64,000 nucleotides of DNA from Macrostomum lignano. Its lineage: Eukaryota. A model generated the notes under the pieces. That model was given only the letters and a program-made list of their open reading frames with translations. It had not been told where the DNA came from and made no database searches. Where the stretch lies: NCBI GenBank assembly GCA_002269645.1, contig NIVC01000749.1:124001-188000 (forward strand), written 5' to 3'. A program made the translations under genes and the position numbers. Of this stretch, positions 12,932 to 24,748 are shown piece by piece; position 1 is the first letter of the stretch; every line of letters begins with the position of its first letter.

Positions 12932-14119
12932 TGAGGTGGGGCGGAGAAAAGGAAAATAGGAAAATAAATAAACATTTCTTTCGAAATCGGTCGGTTTGCT
13001 GATACCAATGAGGTGGGCGGTTTTAACTTTCAAATTCCGCCTTCGTAATCACGGCACACGTAAAGCCGGAAAATGTCACTGTATAACTCGAATCGCTTTT
13101 CTCCTTGGATACTCCGTCTGCCGGGTCCTCAATTCCGGGGGGAGGGTAGTCGTAATCGTAGTCGAGCGGTTGCTGAGCAGGCACGGTCGTTCAGACGGTA
13201 GGCTCAATGGTCTAGACACCGTAATTTCTGTTTCTGAGTTTCTGAACTGAATACTTTCAGTAGAGTAGCGCTGCCACCACCGTAATTTCGCATTACGGAA
13301 CGTTGAGATCTCAGAGCTCGTTCAGAGTGTAGACTAATTCGGTTGTTTAACGCCCCGCGGGCAAATAACTCAAGATAAACTATATTAAAATATATAATAT
13401 AAAATATATTAAGGGCTTCAATCGATTAACGTAAATAAATAATGAGCAGGTGATACTTAGTTATTTATTATTTGCCGACAGGTATTTTAACAACGAAACG
13501 AGAGTTATCCGACTGTGCCGAGGTGCGGAATAATTGAAGTAAATTTACGCAAAGGCGGTCGCTGTTACTTAAGGTCCAAAAAATATTACTTGCACACGAA
13601 CTTAAAGGTACAAAACGCAAAAGGGCAAGAACAAGAATAAAGCACCCGCGAGAGGAGGAGGAGCTGAAGGAGGAAGGAGTAAGAATAAGCAGCAGCAGAA
13701 GCATAGACATAAATGCGGCCAGGACGGCCATATAAATATTAGCAATGAAAATGCCGACGCATGGTGCAAACAGTGGGGCAGAGAGCGGGGCAACCAGCGG
13801 GTCAACCGGCGGAAAGGGAGCCCACGAGTTGGGTCAACGCAAGAATTCCCACAGAAAAACAGGTAAAACAAAAATAAAACACAGGATGGGTCAACGAGGG
13901 GAACAGCCACGGGAACAGGGACAGGACCGGGGAAACAACAAATGGGGTAATCCGCGGACAGGCGATGACGACAAATTTCGTCATCGGAGGGGGGGACGGG
14001 GAAGGGTTTTTCGCAGAAAGTTTATGCCAAAATTAACCGTCACAAACCTCCGTGGTAGACCGTAGTACTACCACACGTCCCGTACATAGGCGTAGCCGTA
14101 AACTAGCACTATAGCACTA

Positions 14120-14161
<42 letters not shown>

Positions 14162-15424
14162 GCCTAGTACAGTAACTAGTAAGTCCTAATTTTTGTCATC
14201 TTTGACTTTGTCTATTGTGTTTTTATTTAGAATTTGTTCAGCTTACAGCTTAGGATAATATCATAATCATAATCATGTCCTATCCTATACTATACACGGC
14301 TATAGCCTTTTTAGGCTTTTTTAGGCTTTAGGCATAAGGCCTTTAGGCATAGGCATTAGGCCTATTGCGGTATTGCCTAGCCTAGTATAGTGTGGCAGTG
14401 GGGTTGCCACCATTTAATAATATTTTTAAAATTTTTCTATTTTTTAATTGCGTGCCATCTTTTTGTAAGTTTCCAACCCTTGCGGCCAACGGCAGACGGT
14501 GACCTCACCCTTTTCCCCCCGGTTGGCCCCGTGTTTGGACCATTGGTTGTTATAGTTTTTTCCTTAGTTGGTCAATATAAATTTTCACCGGTTGAGTTTT
14601 AATAATTTTTTTGTGTATTTTTGCGGCTTTTGTTTTATAACCAGAGTATGGACCCGTGTGTGGCCCCGGTGTTGATAAGTCCTGGCCCCACACCTGAGAA
14701 TTTTATAATTTTCTTTTATAAATGTGTTTTCGGTTGAATTTCTTCAACCCTCCCCCCTTTCCCCCTCCTTCCCCCGTTTGTTTTCTCCGTTTTAGTTTTC
14801 GCTCGCGCTTGTGTTTTCGTGTGTTTCAGTTACAGTTTAATTCATCCTTAGTTTATTAGCGCACCGGCGCCCACGAACTCATTTCCGTCTGTAGCTTAAT
14901 TTTCTTAACAATAATAACCTGCTTGATTTAGTAACTTTCTTTGCGTTAATAATAAACAGACAGTCAATTATTCCGTTAATACTCATCCAGTTAATATAAG
15001 CCATAGCCTATCTTGAATCCTTTGCCCGTGGGGCGTAAAATAACCAATCAGCCTCATCTCAAAGAAAGCTCTGAGACCATTAAACGTTCCGTAATACGTA
15101 AATTACGGTGGTGGCAGCAACTACCCTACCAAAAGTAACGAGTTCAACACTTCGACGCATTAATTAACGGAGGCAGAAACTCCGGAGTTCCTACCACTGA
15201 ACGACCGTGCCGCTCTACGACCGCTCCGCTACGATTACAACTACCCTCCCCCCGGACTTGAGAACCCGGCAGTCGGAGTAAAGGAGAAGAATATTTCGTT
15301 GTGAATCGTCTGCGCGATTTTCCGGTTTTATTCGTGCGAACGCAACGCTATCCGTTTCGAAGAATTACCGGCCGACCTCTAATATTTCAAATTTTTGTTT
15401 TCTCTTCTCCAGGTCCCCACCTCA
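12932..15424. repeat. Diverged ~2.5-kb foldback structure (arms about 12932-13365 and 15020-15424)
   Basis: Arms align in reverse complement (e.g. AAATTACGGTGGTGGCAGC, TGAACGACCGTGCC, ACTACCCTCCCCCCGGA); termini TGAGGTGGGG...CCCCACCTCA. Confidence 0.75.
14121..14160. repeat. (AGT)13 microsatellite
   Basis: Pure AGT run near the centre of the foldback. Confidence 0.97.
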
Positions 15425-15477
15425 ATAGATGACCGGATTTTCAGTTCCACGTTCAGTTCCACGAAAATAAATAAACA

Positions 15478-15828
15478 AAAAATCAAATGCATACTACAGT
15501 AAGGAAAATCTTTTTAAAATTAAACTAAAAGCATTTTTGCAATATAACATCTGAGTAGACTTTACACAAAAAATATCTTTTCAATTGAACATCTGTGAGC
15601 TTCGTGGCACACCTCGAATGCTGAAATGGAGTGAATTTTCTTTAGAATTTACGACGTAGATGGTGACTGTACAAAAAAATCAAATGCATACTACAGCAAG
15701 GAAAATCTTTTTAAAATTAAACTAAAAGCATTTTTGCAATATAACATCTGAGTAGACCTTACACAAAAAATATCTTTTCAATTGAACATCTGTGAGCTTC
15801 GTGGCACACCTCGAATGCTGAAATGGAG
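15478..15828. repeat. Tandem duplication of ~196-bp period
   Basis: AAAAAATCAAATGCATACTACAG...CCTCGAATGCTGAAATGGAG occurs at ~15478 and ~15674. Confidence 0.9.
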
Positions 15829-15849
15829 AGATTTCTTCCTGCTTTTTTA

Positions 15850-17650
15850 TCTGTTGTGGAGACGCATCGTTCGCCACAGCGGCAAAAAACACCTGAGCTT
15901 GTTTGGCAACGCTGGCGACCTCAGCCTCTTTTTCTCGTCTGTTGAAAGCACAGAAAGAGGTGGGTTCAAGCGTTGACAGCATATTGAAGACCGAGATGCT
16001 GACTGTGTCTGCTGACGTATCAGCGGACCTGACATGCCACGACGCAGACGCACGCTGCCAGCAGTGGTTCATCACATCAGCGGTCTGGTGCTCCGTGGAG
16101 AAAAAACCTTTCATATGAGGAGCCAGGCCCGAACCCATTGATCAATCCAAACTAGATGTACACGTATAGCTGTTCTACGTGTTCTCTATACACTACATGT
16201 ACTTTTTGCAATCTGAACCGTATGTCATCACAGCCTTAAAAGACTTCTGATAAAAATCGGTCTGTATGATCCCGGAGTTCTCGATTTGTGCCCAAGCAGA
16301 TTCCTATCAGCTATTCGGCTGCATGCTGCTCACCGCTAGCTCCAACCCTTTGATACCCATCCCAGGCGGGGGCTCCGGCCTCGCCAGGTCTGGTCATACC
16401 GTAGATCCAGGTTCGCCAGGTCACAGAGTGGTGGCAGCCAGTGGGTCATGCAATAACCCAATGATCAATATTTGCACCTTAGCTATCGATGGGGCACATT
16501 TGGGTCCTTACCGCGTCTCTAATATAGCACTACCAAAAAGTTATCAATATGCATGGGCGGGACAACCTGAAGGGCGATCTGTCGGTCATAGTCTGGTCAT
16601 AGACGGCTGGCAGCCATCCATAGTCATACGATCTGATCCTTCCCCCATGAGAAGACGGTTCACTATAGGGCGATTACATACATGTAAATCATCATCAGTT
16701 CGACACTTCATCAGGAGTTCTGCATGGCGACACTTTGGCGCCGTTTCTCTTCGTGCTGCTGCCACTGGGTGCTTCGGACCGCAGTCTCCTCGGCTAACGA
16801 CGGCTTCCTGCGCTGCGCAGACGCATCGGTCGCCGCCACGGCGAAAAGCGCCTTATTATTATTTGCTTGGCTACGCCGACGAACTCGCCCTCCTGTCCTC
16901 GTCCGTTCAAGGTGGCATCCCGCCAGATCGACAGGTTGGTCAAGGTGGCATTGAGCGTCGGACTGGTTGTCAACACGCTAAAGACCTAGGTGCTGACTGT
17001 GCCGGCCGACATCCCAGCGCTAGCGGACCTGACATGTCGCCTCGCAGACGGGCAGATGACCACGCTCGCACGCACGCTACCAGCGGGATCACCTACTCGG
17101 CGGTCTGGTGCCTCACGTGGACGGACCTCGATCCGGCGGCGCCGAGGACTTGCCTGGGCGGCCTTCCGTTCGATCCGAGCCGACGTCCAGTCCGAAGCGC
17201 TGCCCGACCGCCAGAGGGCTCGTCGGCTGTGGCAGGCGGTGTGCTCTACAACGCCGAGACGTGGACACTGACGGCTACGCTTAGAGCGGCAGCTGGACTC
17301 GGCGCATTCAGGGCTGCTCCGTGCGACCTTTCGAGCTGATGAGAGCGTCGGGACTGAGGCCCTGTACGATCGGGCCAAGCTGCAGCGCCCGTCCACCATC
17401 CTGCGCCGGCGGCGACTTCAACTGGCGGGCCACGTACGTGATCCGGGCCGAGGGCTACTGCCCCCAACCTGTTCAGGACGTCCTAGCCCTGTTGCTCACT
17501 CTGCAGGGCCCGCTCAGGCGGGGTCAGGCCCAAACCCGTCGATACGTGGACTGCCTCCTACGTACGCGACGCCAGGGCGCCCGACACTGCCAACGGGGCG
17601 GACTTCCTCCGCTCTCAGGCTCTGCGGCGCGCCATCTGAAGCACCCTGCT
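15850..17650 (+). mobile_element. Decayed non-LTR retrotransposon (RTE-like LINE) RT 3' half; two overlapping fragments (about 15850-16130 and 16700-17650)
   Basis: LLGYADELALL (YADD-like), LAWAAF, VLYNAETWTLT, RRRRLQLAGHV; the stretch GACGCATCG..GACCTGACATG..GGTCTGGTGC is present twice. Confidence 0.8.
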
Positions 17651-18125
17651 CTGTGACTTTGATTGCTAGCTGCATAATTTGTTGTTAAGTTGTTGCTGTT
17701 ATGAGCTATTAACTTTTACTGTGTATATATTTTTTATTCATTTAAGTAAAACAATTAGTTGAAACAAGTTATACTTCATGTAGTCCCAGGTAATTTTTTT
17801 ATAGTCTTAAGAGTAACTAAAAACTAAAACAAAGTTCATCTACGCGTAAATATTTAATACCATCATTATAGAGTGACAGTTTTGCTCAGCAAAAGACATT
17901 TAAGCATGACTTTTAATGCTTATATTTTATTTTTATGAGGTTAATTTTTCAAAGAAAGTGCAGATAAATTAAATATCTTTTTTAATTATATAATTATATA
18001 TACATGTAAGTAAAATTAAAATTATAATTATAATTATAATATGTAATTAATATTATAATTTTATATTAAATATAATATAATTATAAATTTATATTGAAGA
18101 GAGGGTGTGTAAGGAAACTTTCGTT

Positions 18126-18313
18126 CAGTAGTGCAACCAGAAATTTTATGAGGGGGCGGATTCTGGAGGGTAAAGTCCCGGGAGGTGGGGCGGACGGGGT
18201 GGCTCTGTTTTGGCGAAAATTCGCTTGGTCCCCCTTTGATTCTTTGATTTTTTGGGTCTCCGCGCCTATAAGAGGGGGCGACCGCCCCCCGCCCCCACCT
18301 GGTTGCGCCACTG
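18126..18313. mobile_element. hAT-like MITE, 188 bp
   Basis: TIRs CAGTAGTGCAACCAG / CTGGTTGCGCCACTG, GC-rich body in AT-rich flank; TSD not preserved. Confidence 0.7.
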
Positions 18314-21039
18314 CCTTTGCCTTAGTGTATTCTCATTCAAAGCACTTCGAAAGCAATGTGCTTTTGAATTTCGTGTGGATAAGTTTCATATGCGCGCTAA
18401 AATGACTGACGAAAAAAGTACAATAAAATGTAAAACTATCATAAAAAAATATAATTTAAATATTTATTGCAATGGCAATGCTTTTTTATTCGATGTTTAA
18501 GTGAAATTGGAGCAGAAATGTTTTTACTTTGTTTATACACTAACTATTTAGAGGCAATCCGGAGTGAATTAATTTAAATTTCGGAACTGAACCGAGAACC
18601 GAAAATCCGGTCATCCTCAATAGCAGCTTTATCTCCGCCTTTATGCCTATCGCTGGCTATCTTCTATGCTCTATATAATTCTACTACAGCCTATACTAGG
18701 CCGAGGCTGTCTAGGCCGAGGCTGTCACTTATCACTTTAGGTAGGCAGTAGGCTAGCCAAGCCTAGCCTAGGCTCTGCTTAGTCTGCTGTACTCTGGCAA
18801 AAGCAGATGAATTTTTAGGCCTAGGCTCTAACAAAAACCATTTATTGGCATTTGCAAAAGAAAATTTGACCTAAGGAAAGTCTACTTTGGAAAACAATGC
18901 ATTAGTTGACCATTTTAGAAAAAGTTATTAGAAAGGTGCTTATTAATTGTATTTAATAAATAAGCAGCATTTACAAAAAATAATTAAAAATTTCCTAAAA
19001 GATTAGGCATACGACTAAGAGTTTTATTCAAAAATGGTTATAATATTCAATCAATTCAATGGCAATCACAATTTTTTGTGACAACTTAAGCCTCAAGTAT
19101 AGGCCTATTTTTGATTATATTAGCATTGAACTTAAAGAATTAATATAGTAGCAAGCTTTTTAGATTTTATTTTATTATATTATAGGCCTAATATTAAATA
19201 TTAAATTAAATGCCTATTAAGATGAATATTTATATTAATTAGAGTCATTGTGATTATATTTTATAGGAATGATAAGATAAAAGCCAAGGTTAGGATTGTA
19301 TATTGGTATATACTAATGTAATAGGGGTTTGCTTTTGCTTTCTAAAAATAGGCCTAATCCTACCATTATGCTATTAAGCTATACCAGAGGTTTATTTCTC
19401 ATTTAATAATATTCTAGACTCTAGTATTTTGCCATAAGGAGGGTCCATATACTGTAGCCATAGCCATAGGCATAAACAAAAATTCTAGGTTATTCCAATT
19501 CTCTGTATTCCATAGCCATAGGGATCCTAATATTACCATATTCCCATAGTTCCCATAGCCGTAGCCATAGTTTTAACAAAAAGTTTAGAAAACAAAATAT
19601 TTTAAATCAAGAAGATAACCTGGTGTTTAAACAACTGCAAATTAAGTTAGAAAATAAAAGAAACAACTTGATTGCCTTTGTAAGATTATATTTTGTCTTT
19701 TTATAAAGGAACAATACCTAATTGCTACTGAAAGTACTAATGCTAAACTTTTATATTAATTTATATTAATTAATAAAATGTTCCAGGGGACTTTTATTAT
19801 TCTCTAAATTCCACCACAATCACCAAGTTGTTGTAGTGCTACTAAAGTTTTAGGCTTTATCCTAATCGCTGACACCAAGTTGTTGTAGGGGGTGTTTAAT
19901 TTTTCTAAATTATCCTACCAATGTCATCAAGTTGTACTAGGGTAAAACTTGCTATAATTCTAGAATTTCACAAAATTAGCTATTAGATTCATTATGAACT
20001 ACTAAAATACAGTGTCACGGAGTTGAGATTATGGACTTTCACGTAAGCACAGACTGCCCTAGTAGCGCGCAGTGCCCAAGCAGCAAGACACTGTTTAGAT
20101 AGGGAGAAGGGGGTGACTAAGTCCTAAAGCAGCGCCCTCCAATGGATTGAGGCTGCCTAGTAAATTTCACTTTCCTCTTATAGATTTGCTCTTGTCATAT
20201 ACGACTTCCCATTGGCTATTTGGTTCAAATATTTCTATTGGGATATTTCTCCCCTGTCTATTGGCTGAATTTCACCTCTGCTCTTCGCGAGTCTACTATT
20301 GGCTTTTAGACTATTTGTCTCTTACTCTTGGTAATTTCTACCTCTTGTCCAATGAGCATTCACTCTTAACTTCTTCTTTAGCAAATAAAGGAAGGCTTGG
20401 AACACTTCTTCAATTGTATAGGCAATTCGCCTATGAACCAAAGATCTAACTGGAAAGTCTCAGTTGCCTCTCTGGGTGCAAAATGTGCTTATATTTATAG
20501 TAAGATTGGGGTGGGGGGGGGCTACAGTGCATTTAAACAAATTTCGAAGTTTCATGTTTCTATAAAAAAAGGTGGCAATTCAACTTTAGACCTATATCAT
20601 CTGGCTTCCCTAAACATAATTTTTGAACATAAAAAAAAGTGAAAAAATTATTCTATTTGTTACTACAAGTACTTCTAATAAAATGTGCAATATAAGGTGA
20701 AAAATAGTAGATCTATATAAAAAAAACAAAAATAAAATGTAATTGGAACTAAGTGCATATTAAAGGTGACATAGCTATAAACTAAACATGAAAAATATTC
20801 AAGCAACTATCATGAATAAATGCAGCAAATAAATGTGGTACATGTGAAACAAATTTGATAGAAGGCAAAATATAAGGTTACACAATGGCAGTTTTATAAT
20901 GATTGAGCATAAGTAGATGACCAAGCATGAGCAATTCAATAAATGGATAAGCAGACAATTAAGCAAGTTGTAGACTAAAATTGCACCAATACATAGTAGA
21001 CAAGTAATAGTTTGCGAATATTAAAGGTAGTTTGCATAA

Positions 21040-22069
21040 TAAACTGGAAATGGTCATTAAAGTCACCTATATCAATTCATATCAAATTCTTCTAGTAGTC
21101 CGCGTTCATCAGTCCAACCTAGGATGTCTCCCATCCAGTGTACCTCAATGTGCAGGAGAATCCTATAATATGGGTGGCCCGCTTGCTAAAGAGCGTGAAG
21201 GGTATAAGCTACCACGCGTCGCCATGTTGCAATTGCTTGCTTGGGCGTATAGCTGCTTAGCAGCATTTGAAGTATGGGCCGAATGTGCGCTCGCTATGGC
21301 AGAGCGCAGTCAAGGCGCACATTGGCAATCCTCATCAAGTATGCCTTGATGAGTGCTATCATGCACTTGAAGTGCGCGTGACGGCCCTCAGGTATCTCAG
21401 CCAAGGCCTAGCTCAGATTGGCACCAAAATCATTGACGTCAGCCGGCCGGGGGAACTGACTTGATGGAGGCCAAACTTGGAGATGCGCCTGGCCCACGTC
21501 CATACAGCGAGCAGCGCTCATCAATAGGGGAACCATCAGTATCAACTGCGGCGGTTGCTGGGGCTGCGAAGCCAGCAGCAGCTGCTGAGGTTGTAGAGCT
21601 GGCGGCGGCTGCTGAGGTGGCGGAGCTGGCAGCTGCTGCAGAGGTGGCGGGGCTGGCAGCAGTTGCGGCAGCTGCAGTGGTTTCAGTGGTTGCTGCCATG
21701 GCGGCTGCGGCACTGGCGTCGGCTGCTGCGGCGGCTGCTGCGCTGGCGTCGGCTGCTGTGGCGGCTGCTGCGGCGGCTGCTGCGCTGGCGTCGGCTGCTG
21801 TGGCGGCTGCTGCGGCGGCTGCTGCGCTGGCGTCGGCTGCTGCGGTGGCTGCTGCAGCTGGTGCCAGCTGCCTCATTACTGTCAGTGTCGGCTGTTCTGC
21901 TGTCAGTTCCGACTGTTAACACATTAGCCACTTCGGCTTCTACATCTGCCCTGTCGGCTGGTTCGTTGGCCCTGTCAGCTACAGTGCTATCCGATCCATC
22001 GAATGTCTCGAATGGATCCTCGATGTCAAGTAGCTCCTTCAGCCACAAGAAATCGTCTTCCTCACTCAT
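21040..22069 (-). pseudogene. Accessory ORF downstream of the integrase: acidic N-terminus, Ala-rich repeats, globular C-terminus; now frameshifted with stops
   Basis: MSEEDDFLWLKELLDIEDPFETF.. (22069), (AAAAATAADAS)n (21876-21500), then ..IANVRLDCALP*RAHIRPILQMLL..HWMGDILGWTDERGLLEEFDMN; reassembly across frameshifts is inferred. Confidence 0.55.
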
Positions 22070-22099
22070 TATTCGATTGCTTGTCCGAAACTCTCGGTT

Positions 22100-22270
22100 T
22101 CTCTGGAAATCTGTAGGGCTTCCAGGGCGTCAGGGGTCTCGCTTATATAGGCCTCTCCGGGGAGGGGTCCCGGGGAAGGGATCGTGGCCTCTGATTTGTT
22201 TAGACAATCAAACTTCCAAATAGCGCGCTCTCATTGGCTCTCCGCGCTCAACTCCTCTCTTCCAATGGGA
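22100..22270 (-). promoter_or_regulatory. Putative internal Pol II promoter for the accessory ORF
   Basis: Minus strand: CCAAT at 22237-22233, C/G-rich stretch, CCTATATAAG at 22151-22142, ATG at 22069. Confidence 0.55.
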
Positions 22271-22322
22271 TTGCTTCCCCAGCCTTTGCGCCTGTGCGCG
22301 CTCCTCTCCTGCTTCTCGTCTC

Positions 22323-24074
22323 TCAGTTTGTCAGGTTAGGCAATAGGCGCCACACTGTAATCAGCCTTTTCAGATAGCACGAGCATCTGTTCGGGGGCTT
22401 GATCTGACTACAAGTGTTGTACCTTTTTTCAGTCCTAGGTGCCTCTTCGGTAATCTCGTTTGCCTCTTGCTCAGGTTCGAGCTCTTCTCTTTCTTCCTCT
22501 TGCATTGGCTCTGCTTCCTCTACCTCACTGCCTTCTTCCTCAAAGATCTCACTATCTGACTCAATTGATGCTTCATCTTCGCCTTCACTTTCTTGCTCTG
22601 ATTCTTCATTGTCTCGAAGATTGCATTGCCAGTTCAGGCGGTCTTCATCTTCCGATTCTTCTTCCTCTATCTCTTCCCTCCGGGGGTGGCTTCCCTTAGC
22701 TTGCGCTTCTGCGGTGCTGCGCTGGCTTCCCTTAACTTTAGGCTCTCTCGCAGTCGCAGTTTTGTCTAACTGGCTGGCGGTACTTTGTCTATCTGCGGCG
22801 GAATTTGGCACTACAGGTAAATTATCCCTATGCACTAACAACTCTTTTCCTATTAGCTTTCCTTCTTCCTCTTTCTGCACCTTAAATACTACCTCTGAGA
22901 TTTGCTTCAAAACTCGATATGCTGATCTTCGCTGTCTATGAAATTTATGCGACTCCTCGTTATCTAGCTGCGGGTTATTAATAAGCACTAAACTTCCTAA
23001 CGGTACTTGTTTTGGCTGTCTGCTAATTTCAGCAGTGGCCTGTCTCTGGTTTATCACCTTTTCCAATTTCTTTCTTACGAGTTTTCTTGCGACATTCAGT
23101 CTTTCGGCATGTTCGGCAACATAGGATGGATAGCCTGCGTAGTGCTTTGAGTCCTTGATCTGATTGTCCATAGGTAACACAGCTTCCCTTCCAAATAACA
23201 GGAAATGGGGTGTGAAACCTGTTGTCTGATTGACACTGGTTCGGACCGCAACTAGCGCAGCTGGAATCATCAGATCCAAGTTATTGTGGTCTTTCTTAAT
23301 GAGGCAAGTGATAATAGACTTGATCTGCTTATTCAACCTTTCTACCAAGCCGTTGCTCTGGGCATGGTAGGGGGTAGTGAATGTCTGCTTGACATTATAG
23401 AGTTCACAGAAAGCCTTGAACTGTCTGCTGGAGAATGTTTTACCGTTATCGGTGTGAATCCAGTGGCACTGTCCGTACTCACTAAAGATTCTCTCCTGCA
23501 GGATTTTAATGACAGTATCTGATTTCTGGTTGCGGATCGGAAAGGCAAAGGGGTATCGCGTGGTGCTATCAACCACTGTGAGCACATATCGATGCCCTCT
23601 TCTACTTTGCTTGGAGATGGGTCCGATAATATCAATATGGAGGCGGTGAAATGGCTCGCTGATTGGGAAGGAATGGATGGGGGCTTGGACCTTATGTCCT
23701 CGTTTACTTTCCAGGCAGGGTATACATTCAGAAATGTACTTTTCAACTGCCGTGGTCAGTCCGGGTCTCCAAAATCTCTCGCGGACTTTTTGGATGGTCT
23801 TGTCTCTGCCTAAGTGTCCGGTTAGTGGGCTATCGTGGAGATCGCCAAGAACTAGCCTGTCCAATGACTCTGGCAGGACAACCTTCCATTTTTCGTCCTC
23901 TTTCACGATTAACAATTCGTTTTCGATTCTCATAGCCTCATAGGCTTTGCAAATTTGCTTTAACAGTGGGGGGGTCGGTTCTCTGGGGCACTGGGATTTC
24001 AACTTTCGCACATTTCCATTGTGCAAGGGTTCGAATCGAGGGGTCTTCTCTCTGGGCTTTAGCGATTTGGTCAC
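22323..24074 (-). CDS. Gypsy integrase (HHCC zinc-binding region, rve core) with long Glu/Ser-rich tail
   Basis: LHDSPLTGHLGRDKT..RFWRPGL..CIPC; PFHRLHIDIIGP; IHTDNGKTF; TTPYHAQSNGLVERLN; TTGFTPHFLLFGRE. Confidence 0.95.
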   Translation of the reverse strand: MTKSLKPREKTPRFEPLHNGNVRKLKSQCPREPTPPLLKQICKAYEAMRIENELLIVKEDEKWKVVLPESLDRLVLGDLHDSPLTGHLGRDKTIQKVRERFWRPGLTTAVEKYISECIPCLESKRGHKVQAPIHSFPISEPFHRLHIDIIGPISKQSRRGHRYVLTVVDSTTRYPFAFPIRNQKSDTVIKILQERIFSEYGQCHWIHTDNGKTFSSRQFKAFCELYNVKQTFTTPYHAQSNGLVERLNKQIKSIITCLIKKDHNNLDLMIPAALVAVRTSVNQTTGFTPHFLLFGREAVLPMDNQIKDSKHYAGYPSYVAEHAERLNVARKLVRKKLEKVINQRQATAEISRQPKQVPLGSLVLINNPQLDNEESHKFHRQRRSAYRVLKQISEVVFKVQKEEEGKLIGKELLVHRDNLPVVPNSAADRQSTASQLDKTATAREPKVKGSQRSTAEAQAKGSHPRREEIEEEESEDEDRLNWQCNLRDNEESEQESEGEDEASIESDSEIFEEEGSEVEEAEPMQEEEREELEPEQEANEITEEAPRTEKRYNTCSQIKPPNRCSCYLKRLITVWRLLPNLTN

Positions 24075-24453
24075 GCTTCAGGGGGACAGGGAGGTAGTCA
24101 GTCAAGAGCTTATCGACTCTTCGCACCTCGCTCTCTTGTTCGTGTCTGGACATTACAGGGATTTGGCTCGGTTGCGCAAGGCTTGAGCTCAGTGGCTCCA
24201 ACTTGTTATCCTGAACACAATTACGAGTACAAGGGGCAGAGGGTTGGGGGACTGAATGGCACGGGGGCTGGGCGGCTAAATGGTTGAGCGAGAGGGGGGT
24301 TGGGGCAGGGCAATCGGGTATTGAGTGAATGTACAGTGTAGGATGTACATTCACCACAATTAAGCTAAAGGAGTTTTATGACCCTTTGTGCGGCAGGCTT
24401 GCAATTTGTGGGGTTAGTTGAATTTTATTATTGTTGATGAAAGAGTGGGTGCA

Positions 24454-24748
24454 CATACATGCGCAACCTCCAAAATTCGGTCGGCCGTGGGACTTAGTTT
24501 TAACAAAAATGCGACGTAGTTTTTGGCCAAAAATGCGACTTAGCTCGTACATGTAAAAGAAACCCTAAAGCAAAATTAACGCAACTTTGGGTAAACGGCA
24601 GGAGTAACTATGACTCTTTTATTAAGGTAAAATACCTCGTCATCTACTTAGTACTACTTAGGTATTTTTTCGGGTGGGCATTTTTGCGACTTACCTTGGT
24701 TGGCCGCCAAATCAGACGGCCGACTCGGCCGACTGTTGCGCATGTATG
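24454..24748. mobile_element. P-element-like MITE, 295 bp
   Basis: TIR CATACATGCGCAAC / GTTGCGCATGTATG; perfect 8-bp TSD TGGGTGCA (24446-53, 24749-56). Confidence 0.88.

Larger units (their letters stand above)
15429..18614. mobile_element. Non-autonomous DNA transposon with 14-bp perfect TIRs and 9-bp TSD (Mutator/MULE-like)
   Basis: ATGACCGGATTTTC ... GAAAATCCGGTCAT; CCTCAATAG duplicated at 15420-15428 and 18615-18623. Family inferred from TSD length only. Confidence 0.8.
20013..24360 (-). mobile_element. 5'-truncated Ty3/Gypsy element 2: RNase H end, integrase, acidic tail, extra ORF and probable 3' LTR (~20013-20526)
   Basis: Integrase ORF 22323..24074; putative LTR bounded by TGTAGC (minus strand, 20526) and CGTGACA (20013); no gag, RT or 5' LTR; PPT not evident. 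Confidence 0.85.

Noticed and set aside
14305-14385. Degenerate TTAGGC-like repeats suggesting a telomeric relic
   Set aside because: Short, irregular and interrupted; similar TAGGC-rich patches recur at ~18700-18830.
16685-16720. Two CTGATGA motifs on the minus strand (hammerhead core)
   Set aside because: No GAAA box or closing stems at suitable spacing.
21439-22223. Plus-strand Ala-rich and RRLLRW-repeat ORFs
   Set aside because: Antisense readings of the GCN-rich repeats in the minus-strand accessory ORF.
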